From IMG/VR virus record IMGVR_UViG_3300033489_000005, positions 1-64,000 of that record: 64,000 nt of DNA; one strand, written 5' to 3'. The stretch comes from a virus. The position numbers were made by a program, and so were the translations under genes. Shown here in pieces: positions 50,229 to 58,148 of this stretch; within the stretch, counting starts at the first letter, position 1, and every line of letters begins with the position of its first letter. The notes beneath the pieces were generated by a model that did no database searches, had not been told where the DNA came from, and saw only the letters and a list, made by a program, of their open reading frames with translations.

Positions 50229-53016
50229 CGACTACCACTTCCGCCGCCTGCTGGAGAAGACGGCCGACCCGAGGCAGGCCCATGAGCTGCTGGCCTCGGC
50301 GATGCACGAGTTCAAGATGCGCATCGAGCGCCAGAAGCAGAGCCGCCCTGGCGGTCTGCTGGAGTTCGTAGAGTATTTTTGGGAGTGCATCGAGCCGGGG
50401 CGCGAGTTCGTCAAGGGCTGGCCGCTTGAGGCGATGGCCATGCACTTGGAAGGAGTGACATATGGAGCTATTACCAGATTATTAATTAATGTGCCGCCTG
50501 GAAGCATGAAAAGTTTACTCTTAAATTGTTTTTGGCCTGCATGGGAGTGGTCAGCATGCGATAGACCAGGAACTCGGTACATATCGTTCAGTTATTCTTC
50601 ATTACTTACTGAGCGCGATAACCAGCGTATGCTTGACCTTATTGAGAGTCAGAAATTCCAAGACTTGTGGGGGCACAAGTTTTCTATGCGTCAGAAGGGC
50701 GTTACTAAGATTTCCAACACTAAGTTCGGTTGGAAGTTCGCATCCTCTGTGCGCGGCACTGGCACCGGCGAGCGCGCCGACCGGGTTCTATGCTTCCCCC
50801 ATGAAACGCTGGTCGCCACTGAGCACGGGCCGATGGCCATCGGCGATATCGTCAAGAAGCGTTTAAACGTTCGCGTCTGGAGCCGGAATTTGGTGACCGG
50901 CCGCAACGAGCTGCGGCCGGTCACCGGCTGGCGGCATAACCCAGGCTCAGACCTTGTCAGGATCAGCTATACTGGGGGCTCCATCAGATGTACGCTTGAC
51001 CACAGGTTCTGGGTTGAGGGGCGCGGATGGGTTGAGGCCCGGCTTTTGGAGGCCGGTGACGTGGTTCCATGTGCGGCCGGTTTTAATGTGCGTGACATTT
51101 TGCCCGCTCATTCCATATCTGAGTCCTATTTCAGTGGGCGTCCCGGCAGCATTGAAAATCTCAAGCGCAGTTTCCGCCGTTATTTTGGCAGTCGGCCTTG
51201 GGTGAGCCACGCCTTTTTTAACCCTTTCTCCATGATTTCCCGCAATAAGATTAAGGTGCGCCCACGTTCTACCGTTAAATATACTCTCGATAGTGCTAGG
51301 ATGGACGCCGAACTCAAGAGCTACGCTTTTAGCGGTATGCGTATCTCTTCTGGAGAATATTTTGCGGACGAGTTCATCGGTAAGATGTGCCGCGCCGTTA
51401 CGGAATCCTCCGTTTTTCTTGCAGTCCGCAATATTTTGCGCCCGCGTTCCATATTCGAGGTTGGAAAGACGACAGTTCGCGCGTTTGTCGTTGCGGTGTC
51501 TGACTTCTTGGCCTTCAGGAACCGGCCCTATGAACGTCAGCATCATGAGCTGATGGACGAACACATAATGGGTTTGTCCATCCCGGCGCAGGGTGACGCG
51601 GGGGTAGCCCTTACTCAAAGTCGGGGTCATAAAACGGCCGTCGCGGCTGATTGTGTGGGCGGTGGTAGAGTTCCGATCCCGGTCAGTGTAGACAGGGGCG
51701 CTTCCCTTGCGCGCTGTGGTTCGAGGCTTGCTATAGACGCGGCCGTAGTTGGAAATAAGGTAGTTGGGGAAGCCAGCGGCTTCACGCCAGACTTCGGGAC
51801 CGTTCTCGGCGTCGAGGATGATGGACATGTTATGGAAACCTTCTGTTTGACCGTAGAAGGCAACCATAACATGTTCGTTTCTGACAAGCAAGACACTGTG
51901 TTCAGTCTTGCCAGCAATTGTGATGATCCACACAACATCAAAGAGGGCGAGTCGCAGACCATCCGCGAAGAGACGGTGCGCTGGTTCCGCGAGGCCATGT
52001 CTAACCGCCTCAACCACATGACCAAGTCGGCGATTATCGTCATCATGCAGCGCGTCCATCAAGAGGACGTGTCGGGCGTCATCCTTCATGAGGACCTCGG
52101 CTACGACCACCTCATGATTCCGATGCTCTATGAGGAGGGCGCCCGCTGCCACACCTCCCTCGGCTGGACCGACCCGCGCAGCGTCGACGGCGAGTGCTTC
52201 TGGCCAGACCGGTTCCCGCCCGCCGCCGTCGAGGAGTGCTTGAAGCTCGGCGAGTTTGCTTTTGCCAGTCAATACCAACAGAGGCCCGCGCCGCGCGGCG
52301 GCGGCATCTTCAAGAACGAATATTGGAACATCTGGGAACCGGATGACGGCCGCTACCCCCGGTTTGACTTCATCCTGGCCTCGGTGGACCCGGCGTACAC
52401 GCACCATGATGAGAACGACCCGTCAGCCATGACGGTCTGGGGGCTCAATTACGCCGATGACGGGACGCCGCGCGTGTTCCTTATCGCCGCGTGGCGCAAG
52501 TGGCTGCAGATTCACGGGCCGGACGTTGACCGGGAGTATGGGGAGCCACTCCAGGCCTATGAGGAGCGACGGAAAAAGAGCTGGGGGCTGGTTGAGTGGA
52601 TTTCGCACACCTGCAAGCGGTTCCAGGTCGACCGCCTTCTTGTCGAGGCCAAGGCCTCCGGCATCTCTGTGGTTCAGGAACTGCAGCGCCTCTTGTTTCA
52701 GCAACAGTTCGGCATCGAGTTTGTCAATCCTGGCCGGGCTGACAAAGAAGTCAGGGCGAACCGAGTGCAGCATATCTGGTCCGCAGGCATGATTTACCGA
52801 CCAGATCGCCCTTGGGCGGAGATGGTTGAGGAAGAAATGGCCGCTTTTCCAAAAGCGCGCTATGATGACCTGTGCGACTCCGCCACCCAGGCTTTGTGGT
52901 GGTTCAGGCAGAACAATATGCTGATGCGCCGGGAAGAAATACGGGCCGCGAATGACCCGGAGACGAACGCTAGCAGCAACCCGATGGCGGATTCAGCGCC
53001 TCTTTATCCGATGTGA
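50221..53016 (+). CDS. terL: terminase large subunit interrupted by a 376-aa intein (spliced product about 555 aa)
   Basis: Walker A VPPGSMKS. The Walker-B-like ADRVL|CDDPHN is restored across the insert. A C-terminal nuclease-type region is present. The ORF is 931 aa. Confidence 0.85.
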   Translation: MTDDYHFRRLLEKTADPRQAHELLASAMHEFKMRIERQKQSRPGGLLEFVEYFWECIEPGREFVKGWPLEAMAMHLEGVTYGAITRLLINVPPGSMKSLLLNCFWPAWEWSACDRPGTRYISFSYSSLLTERDNQRMLDLIESQKFQDLWGHKFSMRQKGVTKISNTKFGWKFASSVRGTGTGERADRVLCFPHETLVATEHGPMAIGDIVKKRLNVRVWSRNLVTGRNELRPVTGWRHNPGSDLVRISYTGGSIRCTLDHRFWVEGRGWVEARLLEAGDVVPCAAGFNVRDILPAHSISESYFSGRPGSIENLKRSFRRYFGSRPWVSHAFFNPFSMISRNKIKVRPRSTVKYTLDSARMDAELKSYAFSGMRISSGEYFADEFIGKMCRAVTESSVFLAVRNILRPRSIFEVGKTTVRAFVVAVSDFLAFRNRPYERQHHELMDEHIMGLSIPAQGDAGVALTQSRGHKTAVAADCVGGGRVPIPVSVDRGASLARCGSRLAIDAAVVGNKVVGEASGFTPDFGTVLGVEDDGHVMETFCLTVEGNHNMFVSDKQDTVFSLASNCDDPHNIKEGESQTIREETVRWFREAMSNRLNHMTKSAIIVIMQRVHQEDVSGVILHEDLGYDHLMIPMLYEEGARCHTSLGWTDPRSVDGECFWPDRFPPAAVEECLKLGEFAFASQYQQRPAPRGGGIFKNEYWNIWEPDDGRYPRFDFILASVDPAYTHHDENDPSAMTVWGLNYADDGTPRVFLIAAWRKWLQIHGPDVDREYGEPLQAYEERRKKSWGLVEWISHTCKRFQVDRLLVEAKASGISVVQELQRLLFQQQFGIEFVNPGRADKEVRANRVQHIWSAGMIYRPDRPWAEMVEEEMAAFPKARYDDLCDSATQALWWFRQNNMLMRREEIRAANDPETNASSNPMADSAPLYPM
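50791..51918 (+). mobile_element. intein (Hint domain split by a 0.9-kb insert)
   Basis: It starts CFPHETLVATEHGPMAIGDIV, has TLDH (block B-like), then FCLTVEGNHNMFV...SLASN followed by the +1 Cys. Confidence 0.8.
50947..51828 (-). CDS. HNH homing endonuclease (NUMOD4-like + HNH_3-like + two NUMOD1/IENR1-like HTH repeats), antisense inside the intein
   Basis: MSIILDAENGPEVWREAAGFPNYLISNYGRVYS...GYPRVTLRRDGQTHYVFVHQLMMLTFIGPVPEGQEVRHRNDKRANCRLSNLEYGTRAQN...STIESIFNGRTWAHL...NVTHIKTGRTWNHV. The internal ATG at 51828 of track ORF 50947..52407 is preceded by GAAGG. Confidence 0.75.
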   Translation of the reverse strand: MSIILDAENGPEVWREAAGFPNYLISNYGRVYSKPRTTARKGSAPVYTDRDRNSTTAHTISRDGRFMTPTLSKGYPRVTLRRDGQTHYVFVHQLMMLTFIGPVPEGQEVRHRNDKRANCRLSNLEYGTRAQNIADCKKNGGFRNGAAHLTDELVRKIFSRRDTHTAKSVALEFGVHPSTIESIFNGRTWAHLNLIAGNHGERVKKGVAHPRPTAKITAETALEIFNAAGTPTEIGLRYGMSGQNVTHIKTGRTWNHVTGLQKPGLNPSAPLNPEPVVKRTSDGAPSIADPDKV

Positions 53017-55175
53017 CGGAGCAAATTATGCTAAATACGGCTCAAGTCTTTGACTTTCAGAAATATATTGACGAACAGCCGTCATTTGAGCCGCAGGGCG
53101 TTCGGTTTTCAGAAAGTAATGACGCTCTGGTTATTGATGAGCCGGACGGCGGCGTCACTATCGAGTTCAACCCGCGAAATCATAACGTCAAGGCTGGGCG
53201 CGCGGACCACAACGCGAATCTGGCGGAGTTCATTGATGAGGGCGACCTCAACGCCCTGGCTGTTGACCTGATTGAGGGCATCGAGGAAGACCGCCGGAGC
53301 TTTTCGGAGTGGCTGCAGACGCGGGCGAACGGGGTCAAGCTGCTTGGGTTCAAGGTCGAGGAGCCGCGCAGTGACTTGGCGTCCACGTCCGCCCCCCTTG
53401 AGGGCATGTCGACAGTTCGGCATCCGCTGCTCGGCGAGGCGTGCCTGCACTTTCAGGGAAACGCCCGTCGTGAGATGATTCCGAGCAATGGACCGGCGAA
53501 AATCGCCGTTTATGGCGGCCAGACCGCCGTGAAAGACTGGCTGGCGGAGAAATTAGAGTCAGAAATCAACTGGTATCTGACCAAAAAGGCCACTGAATTC
53601 ACCCCTGGCACCGACCGTCTCCTGTTCATGGTGGGGTTCTCGGGCATGGCGTTCAAAAAGGTGTATTTTTGCCCGATGCGGCGCCGCCCGGTCTCCGAGA
53701 TGGTGGACGCCGAGCACTTCGTGGTGGCCAACACCACCACAGACATTCAGACCACGCCGCGCGTGACCCACATCATCCCCATGCAGCAGACGACGTTTAA
53801 ACGCATGCAGTTGCTGGGGGTCTACCGGGACATTCCCATCCAGCGGCCGGACGCCAACATCAACGCCTTTGACGCCGCCGTGGCGCGCTCCCAGGGCATC
53901 AGCCTCAATGTGACCCGTCCAGAAGACCAAGTGCACACGATCTACGAATGTTATGCCGATGTCGACCTCCCCGAGTTTGAGCACCATCTTGATGGAGAGC
54001 CCACAGGCCTTCCGCTCCCTTATCGAATCACCATTGACCTCACGTCACGAGCAATTCTGGAAATCAGAAGGGATTGGGACGAAGGCGACGAGGATTTCAT
54101 CCGGAGACGCACTTTCGTTCCCTTTGGCTTCGCCCCAACCTTCGGGTTCTACTGCACTGGTCTCCTTCAGATACTCGGTAACGCGACGTCTGCCCTGACC
54201 GGCGCATGGCGCCTGCTGCTCGACGCCGGGATGTTCAGCAACTTCCCCGGCTTCCTCTACGCCAAGAACGGCGCGAAGCAGAGCAACAACACGTTTCGCG
54301 TCCCGCCCGGCGGCGGCGCGCCCGTCGACGTGCCCGGCGGCGTCAAGCTGGCCGACGCCATCATGCCGTTGCCGTATAAGGAGCCGTCGCAGACCCTTAT
54401 CGCCTTGACCCAGACCATCGGCGCGGCCGGGCAGAAACTTGGCGGGACAGCCGAGCTGCCGACCGCCGAGGGCAAGGCTGACGTGCCCGTTGGCACGATG
54501 CTCGCCGCCATTGAGCAGGCCGGGAAAATCCTGAACGCGGTGCATACGCGGCTTCATGACGCGCAGACAGTTGAGCTGGAATTGATTCTGGAGCACCTGC
54601 GCCAGCATCCCGAGGCCCTGTACCGGCCCGACCCGGACCAGCCGCTCTGGACCCTGGACATGGTCAGGCAGGCCCTGGCCAACTACAATCTCGTGCCCCG
54701 GTCCGACCCGAACACCCCGAGCCATGCGCACCGGCTGATGAAGGCCATCGCCCTTGGGACAGTGGCGCAGCAGACGCCGCCCGGCGTGTTCGACCCGAAG
54801 AAGATTGCGACGCGCGTGCTGCACATGATGCAGATTGATGACGTTGACGACCTGTTTATGCCGCCGCCGCCCCCTGGCGCCGCGCCGCCGCCCAACCCGG
54901 AGCAGATTAAGGCGCAGTCGGCCATGCAGACGAACCAGGCTAAGCTGGCGACCGCCGCGCAGACCAGCCAGACCAAGATGGCGGATATCCAGGCCCGCGT
55001 GCAGGTCGAGATGGCCAAGATGGACCATGAGAAACAGCTTGAATATATGCGCCTGATGCAGCATTTGGTAACGCATCCCCTTGCCGCGCACATCTTTGGT
55101 TTGGGGGGAGAAACAGGGGGTCAGGGGCAGGTTCCAGCCATGCCCGGAGGTTATGACCCGTTAGCCCAACAGTGA
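53013..55175 (+). CDS. portal protein
   Basis: 720-aa ORF directly after TerL (GTG at 53013 overlapping the TerL stop; alternative ATG at 53028). The assignment rests on size and position. Confidence 0.65.
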   Translation: MTEQIMLNTAQVFDFQKYIDEQPSFEPQGVRFSESNDALVIDEPDGGVTIEFNPRNHNVKAGRADHNANLAEFIDEGDLNALAVDLIEGIEEDRRSFSEWLQTRANGVKLLGFKVEEPRSDLASTSAPLEGMSTVRHPLLGEACLHFQGNARREMIPSNGPAKIAVYGGQTAVKDWLAEKLESEINWYLTKKATEFTPGTDRLLFMVGFSGMAFKKVYFCPMRRRPVSEMVDAEHFVVANTTTDIQTTPRVTHIIPMQQTTFKRMQLLGVYRDIPIQRPDANINAFDAAVARSQGISLNVTRPEDQVHTIYECYADVDLPEFEHHLDGEPTGLPLPYRITIDLTSRAILEIRRDWDEGDEDFIRRRTFVPFGFAPTFGFYCTGLLQILGNATSALTGAWRLLLDAGMFSNFPGFLYAKNGAKQSNNTFRVPPGGGAPVDVPGGVKLADAIMPLPYKEPSQTLIALTQTIGAAGQKLGGTAELPTAEGKADVPVGTMLAAIEQAGKILNAVHTRLHDAQTVELELILEHLRQHPEALYRPDPDQPLWTLDMVRQALANYNLVPRSDPNTPSHAHRLMKAIALGTVAQQTPPGVFDPKKIATRVLHMMQIDDVDDLFMPPPPPGAAPPPNPEQIKAQSAMQTNQAKLATAAQTSQTKMADIQARVQVEMAKMDHEKQLEYMRLMQHLVTHPLAAHIFGLGGETGGQGQVPAMPGGYDPLAQQ

Positions 55176-55182
55176 GAAAAAC

Positions 55183-56037
55183 ATGAATGACGTCGTCCAG
55201 AACGGCTTTCGGATTCACATCGAAACCAAGCAACTCGCCGAGGGCCTGCTTGCGTCCGAGGCCTATTTTCAATTCCCAGGCACGACGGTTGTCGTCTGCC
55301 TGTTGACCACGCACCACGGCCATCATGCGGTTGGTTCGAGCTATTTTCCCGACCCGATGGAGTTTGAAGACGCCCTCGCCCGTCAGGGTTCGCGTGAAGA
55401 CGCGATGGAGAAGCTTTTCCCTGTCGCGGACTATCTTTATCGGGAGAGACGGTACAACGACGGCGCGACGCTTGAGCCGGCTGTTCCCGCGCCTGTTGTT
55501 CAAGAGGTGGGGATGGGCTATTCAATCACGCGGGTTCCCATTGTGGAGGCCATGACGCGCCCGCCCATCGTTGAGCCGGGCGGCATTAAGTTCATTGAGC
55601 GGGACGCGCCCCCGTTCGTGTACAGCGACGTCGGTCCGGAGGAGTTGAGCGCGGCGATGGTCGAGGTAGTCGAGGATGATATCGCCGAGGTCATCACCCG
55701 TATGTATGCGGCCATGAAGGCCAAAAAGGAAACCCGGAAGGAAGTCTATCAGCGCGAGCTTGAGCGCCTTGGTCAGGAAATGGATCAGCAGCTTGCCGCC
55801 GAGATTGAGGCGACCAAGCAGTACACGGCGGGCGCGGGCGAAGAGCTTATTGCCGAGATTGCCGCCACTCTTCACAAGGGCGACCTGATTACCGCCGACG
55901 AGGCGGCCCGCGTCTCAGGGGGAGCGGCGATGGCGTCGTTTAAACGCTCTGACCTCGTGCGCGACTCCATGGTGAGCGGCGACGGCGTCGCGCTGATATC
56001 TATCACGCATCCCGGTTCAGTGGAGGATATGGAATGA
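55183..56037 (+). CDS. hypothetical head-module protein (N-terminus reminiscent of the N4 gp49 / Sf6 gp66 family)
   Basis: TTVVVCLLTTHHGHHAVGSSYFPDPMEFEDALARQGSREDAMEKLFPVADYLYRE. The match is from memory only. Confidence 0.4.
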   Translation: MNDVVQNGFRIHIETKQLAEGLLASEAYFQFPGTTVVVCLLTTHHGHHAVGSSYFPDPMEFEDALARQGSREDAMEKLFPVADYLYRERRYNDGATLEPAVPAPVVQEVGMGYSITRVPIVEAMTRPPIVEPGGIKFIERDAPPFVYSDVGPEELSAAMVEVVEDDIAEVITRMYAAMKAKKETRKEVYQRELERLGQEMDQQLAAEIEATKQYTAGAGEELIAEIAATLHKGDLITADEAARVSGGAAMASFKRSDLVRDSMVSGDGVALISITHPGSVEDME

Positions 56038-56342
56038 GCGCGCGTCATCCAGAGCGAGAATCCCGCGAACCCGCCGCCCGCCGCCGGAAGGGCTCAAGTC
56101 AGGACCGCCTGAACGCCGAGATTGCGCTCGCCGAGGGCGGCAGACGCCTGATTCGCGAGCGTGGCCGGAAAAAGCTGTTCGCCCAGCCGCGCAACCTGAT
56201 TGCCCATTGGGCGACATTCGACGGCAAGTGGAATGGCGTTGAAATCCGTCATAACCGCCTTATCAAGGGCGTTGGACGGCCCCCGAAAGCACGTTTCATC
56301 CCGGACCCGGTTATCGGCGTCCTGGAAAAGTGGGGGTTCTGA
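56034..56342 (+). CDS. hypothetical basic protein
   Basis: 102-aa ORF with an ATGA overlap. Confidence 0.6.
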   Translation: MSARHPERESREPAARRRKGSSQDRLNAEIALAEGGRRLIRERGRKKLFAQPRNLIAHWATFDGKWNGVEIRHNRLIKGVGRPPKARFIPDPVIGVLEKWGF

Positions 56343-56698
56343 TGGTCGAGCTGTTCACATGGGAGCATGTCCCGGAGCTGGTTAAGCTGGCTGTCGAGAA
56401 GGGGCGCGTCGTCAAAAACGCGTTTCCGTCCGTCCGATGCGCTACGGGCGAAAACTATACAGAGTTCCAAATCGGCGCAGATGGCCCGGACATTAATTTC
56501 CGGGAGGCGGCGGCGTATATCGCCGTGAATATAATCTCCCATTTCGAACCGGCCTCAAAGTATCTATACTGGAGAATCAGGCCGGAGTTTGAGCCAGTTG
56601 AGGTTGACTGGCTTGAAGGGACCACATGTAAAAAGAAGACGATTTATAAGTTCTATGCCCGTCTTCTCATTACAGACGCAGAAGAAATCTATGTGTGA
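56342..56698 (+). CDS. hypothetical protein
   Basis: ATG at 56342 in a TGATG overlap (track start 56330). Confidence 0.6.
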   Translation: MVELFTWEHVPELVKLAVEKGRVVKNAFPSVRCATGENYTEFQIGADGPDINFREAAAYIAVNIISHFEPASKYLYWRIRPEFEPVEVDWLEGTTCKKKTIYKFYARLLITDAEEIYV

Positions 56699-56734
56699 AA
56701 AGACCAAGAGTTAGTCTCACGGGAATAGGAAACC

Positions 56735-57310
56735 ATGAAAGAAATCAAGGCGCGGGCGAAAGCCCTGCACGGGGCGCGGTTCGCCAGCTACGGCGCAAGC
56801 TCGACGTCCAAGCATCCTGGCAAGGCTAATGGCGGGCATGCCGACGCCGCTGAAGACCGCGCCATGATTAAAGGCATGGTCAAACCTTCGGCGATGAACC
56901 GGGCGAGCGGCGGTCAAATCGCCCGGTTGGGCGATTTGGTCAAGAGCACTGCCGACCCGAACTTGGCCAAAGACCCAAAGACAAACCCCGGCGCGCAGAA
57001 AGCGGGCTATAAGCGCGGCGGCCGGACGACGAAAAAGGGAAAGACCCACGTCAATATCATCGTGGGGCAACCGGGCGGCCAAGCCAAGCAGCCCGTGCCC
57101 ATCCCCGTGCCTATGCCCGCTCCGGGCGGGGGAGCTGGCGGCATGCCTCCAGCCGGACCGATGGGCGGCATGCCCCCGGCTGGACCGCCGCCATCTATCG
57201 GCGCGCTCGGCGGCACGGCTGGCCTGCCCCGCAAGAAGGGCGGCATGGTCCACCTGACCGGCGGCGCTGGCGGCGGGCGTGGCCGTCTTCAGAAGAACCA
57301 CATGCGCTAA
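56735..57310 (+). CDS. hypothetical basic Gly/Pro-rich protein (possible internal head protein)
   Basis: 191-aa ORF, basic, with PAGPMGGMPPAGPPP repeats. Confidence 0.55.
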   Translation: MKEIKARAKALHGARFASYGASSTSKHPGKANGGHADAAEDRAMIKGMVKPSAMNRASGGQIARLGDLVKSTADPNLAKDPKTNPGAQKAGYKRGGRTTKKGKTHVNIIVGQPGGQAKQPVPIPVPMPAPGGGAGGMPPAGPMGGMPPAGPPPSIGALGGTAGLPRKKGGMVHLTGGAGGGRGRLQKNHMR

Positions 57311-57336
57311 TCGCGCCAACATAAGGAAGGCCGCAG

Positions 57337-57444
57337 ATGGAGTCCGAAAAGCATCCGGAGCTTATTAAGTTCATCAAAACATACGTGTTTTGGATGACGT
57401 TTGTCGGGGTGCTGGTCACTGCGGCCTACTTCCTCTTAACCTGA
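57337..57444 (+). CDS. 35-aa membrane mini-protein
   Basis: MESEKHPELIKFIKTYVFWMTFVGVLVTAAYFLLT with RBS AAGGAAGG. It is below the track cut-off. Confidence 0.4.
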   Translation: MESEKHPELIKFIKTYVFWMTFVGVLVTAAYFLLT

Positions 57445-57456
57445 AGACTTTAAACC

Positions 57457-57660
57457 ATGGTTCAAGTAAGCTATTGGGATGAGGTCTTTTATGAGAAGTT
57501 CGTAGCCGCGCTGGAATTGAAGCGGCTTGAACTTCTGGAAGGTCTTGCTCGGGGCGTCGAGTATGACGAGTATTTACGGCAGGTAGGGCAAATCAACGGC
57601 TTAAGGATTGCGGGGGATATCGCGAAAGAACTTCAGGATAAATACAGGTCCAGCACATGA
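57457..57660 (+). CDS. hypothetical protein
   Basis: 67-aa ORF. Confidence 0.6.
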   Translation: MVQVSYWDEVFYEKFVAALELKRLELLEGLARGVEYDEYLRQVGQINGLRIAGDIAKELQDKYRSST

Positions 57661-58139
57661 GCAGTTTTTTCAAGTCTGATTTAATCAGACTTCTGGCTAA
57701 AGCCGAAGACCAGAAAGCAGCAATCGTCGAAGCCCTAGGCGATTCTATTGAACATCTTTCTCTTACTGGCAATGATGTTATTATTGCTGTTTATATAGAG
57801 AAAGAGATAAGCAAAGGCGGGCTCATTATGCCGGATGAGCGCCTTAAGGAGAGCCTCTACCAGTCCAAAGTTGGGCTTGTGGCCAGGGCAGGTCCTGACG
57901 CCTTCCGGTTCCGTGGCGCGTTCCCGTGGGTCAGCCCGCGCCCCGAAGAAATCGGCGAAGACGGCAAGCTCAAGAAGGGCTACGGCATGCGCTCAAAAAA
58001 GCACACGCCAAAAGTGGGCGATTGGGTTGTCCACTTCCCAACCGACTCGAAGCTGTTTGGCCTGCGTGGCGTGCCATGCCGGTACTCGCTCGACAGCACG
58101 GTGAAGATGATCACCACAGCGCCAGACGAGATTTTGTAA
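57657..58139 (+). CDS. GroES/Cpn10-like co-chaperonin candidate
   Basis: GNDVIIAVYIEKEISKGGLIMPD...SKVGLVARAG...PKVGDWVVHFP...STVKMITTAPDEIL parallels GroES (DRVIVKR..AGGIVL...GEVLAVG...VKVGDIVIF...SDILAIV). Confidence 0.45.
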   Translation: MSSFFKSDLIRLLAKAEDQKAAIVEALGDSIEHLSLTGNDVIIAVYIEKEISKGGLIMPDERLKESLYQSKVGLVARAGPDAFRFRGAFPWVSPRPEEIGEDGKLKKGYGMRSKKHTPKVGDWVVHFPTDSKLFGLRGVPCRYSLDSTVKMITTAPDEIL

Positions 58140-58148
58140 GGAGCCCCC

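Noticed and set aside
51829-52407. The N-terminal 193 codons of track ORF 50947..52407 (-) as part of the HNH endonuclease.
   Set aside because: This part is antisense to the conserved intein C-terminus and TerL extein and translates to Arg/Val/Ala-rich sequence. The NUMOD4-like motif begins right after the internal Met at 51828, which has an upstream GAAGG.
54045-55503. Antisense ORFs inside the portal gene and the following gene (54045..55091 -, 54683..55093 -, 54940..55503 -).
   Set aside because: Typical GC-rich shadow ORFs. The plus-strand genes are translationally coupled and protein-like.
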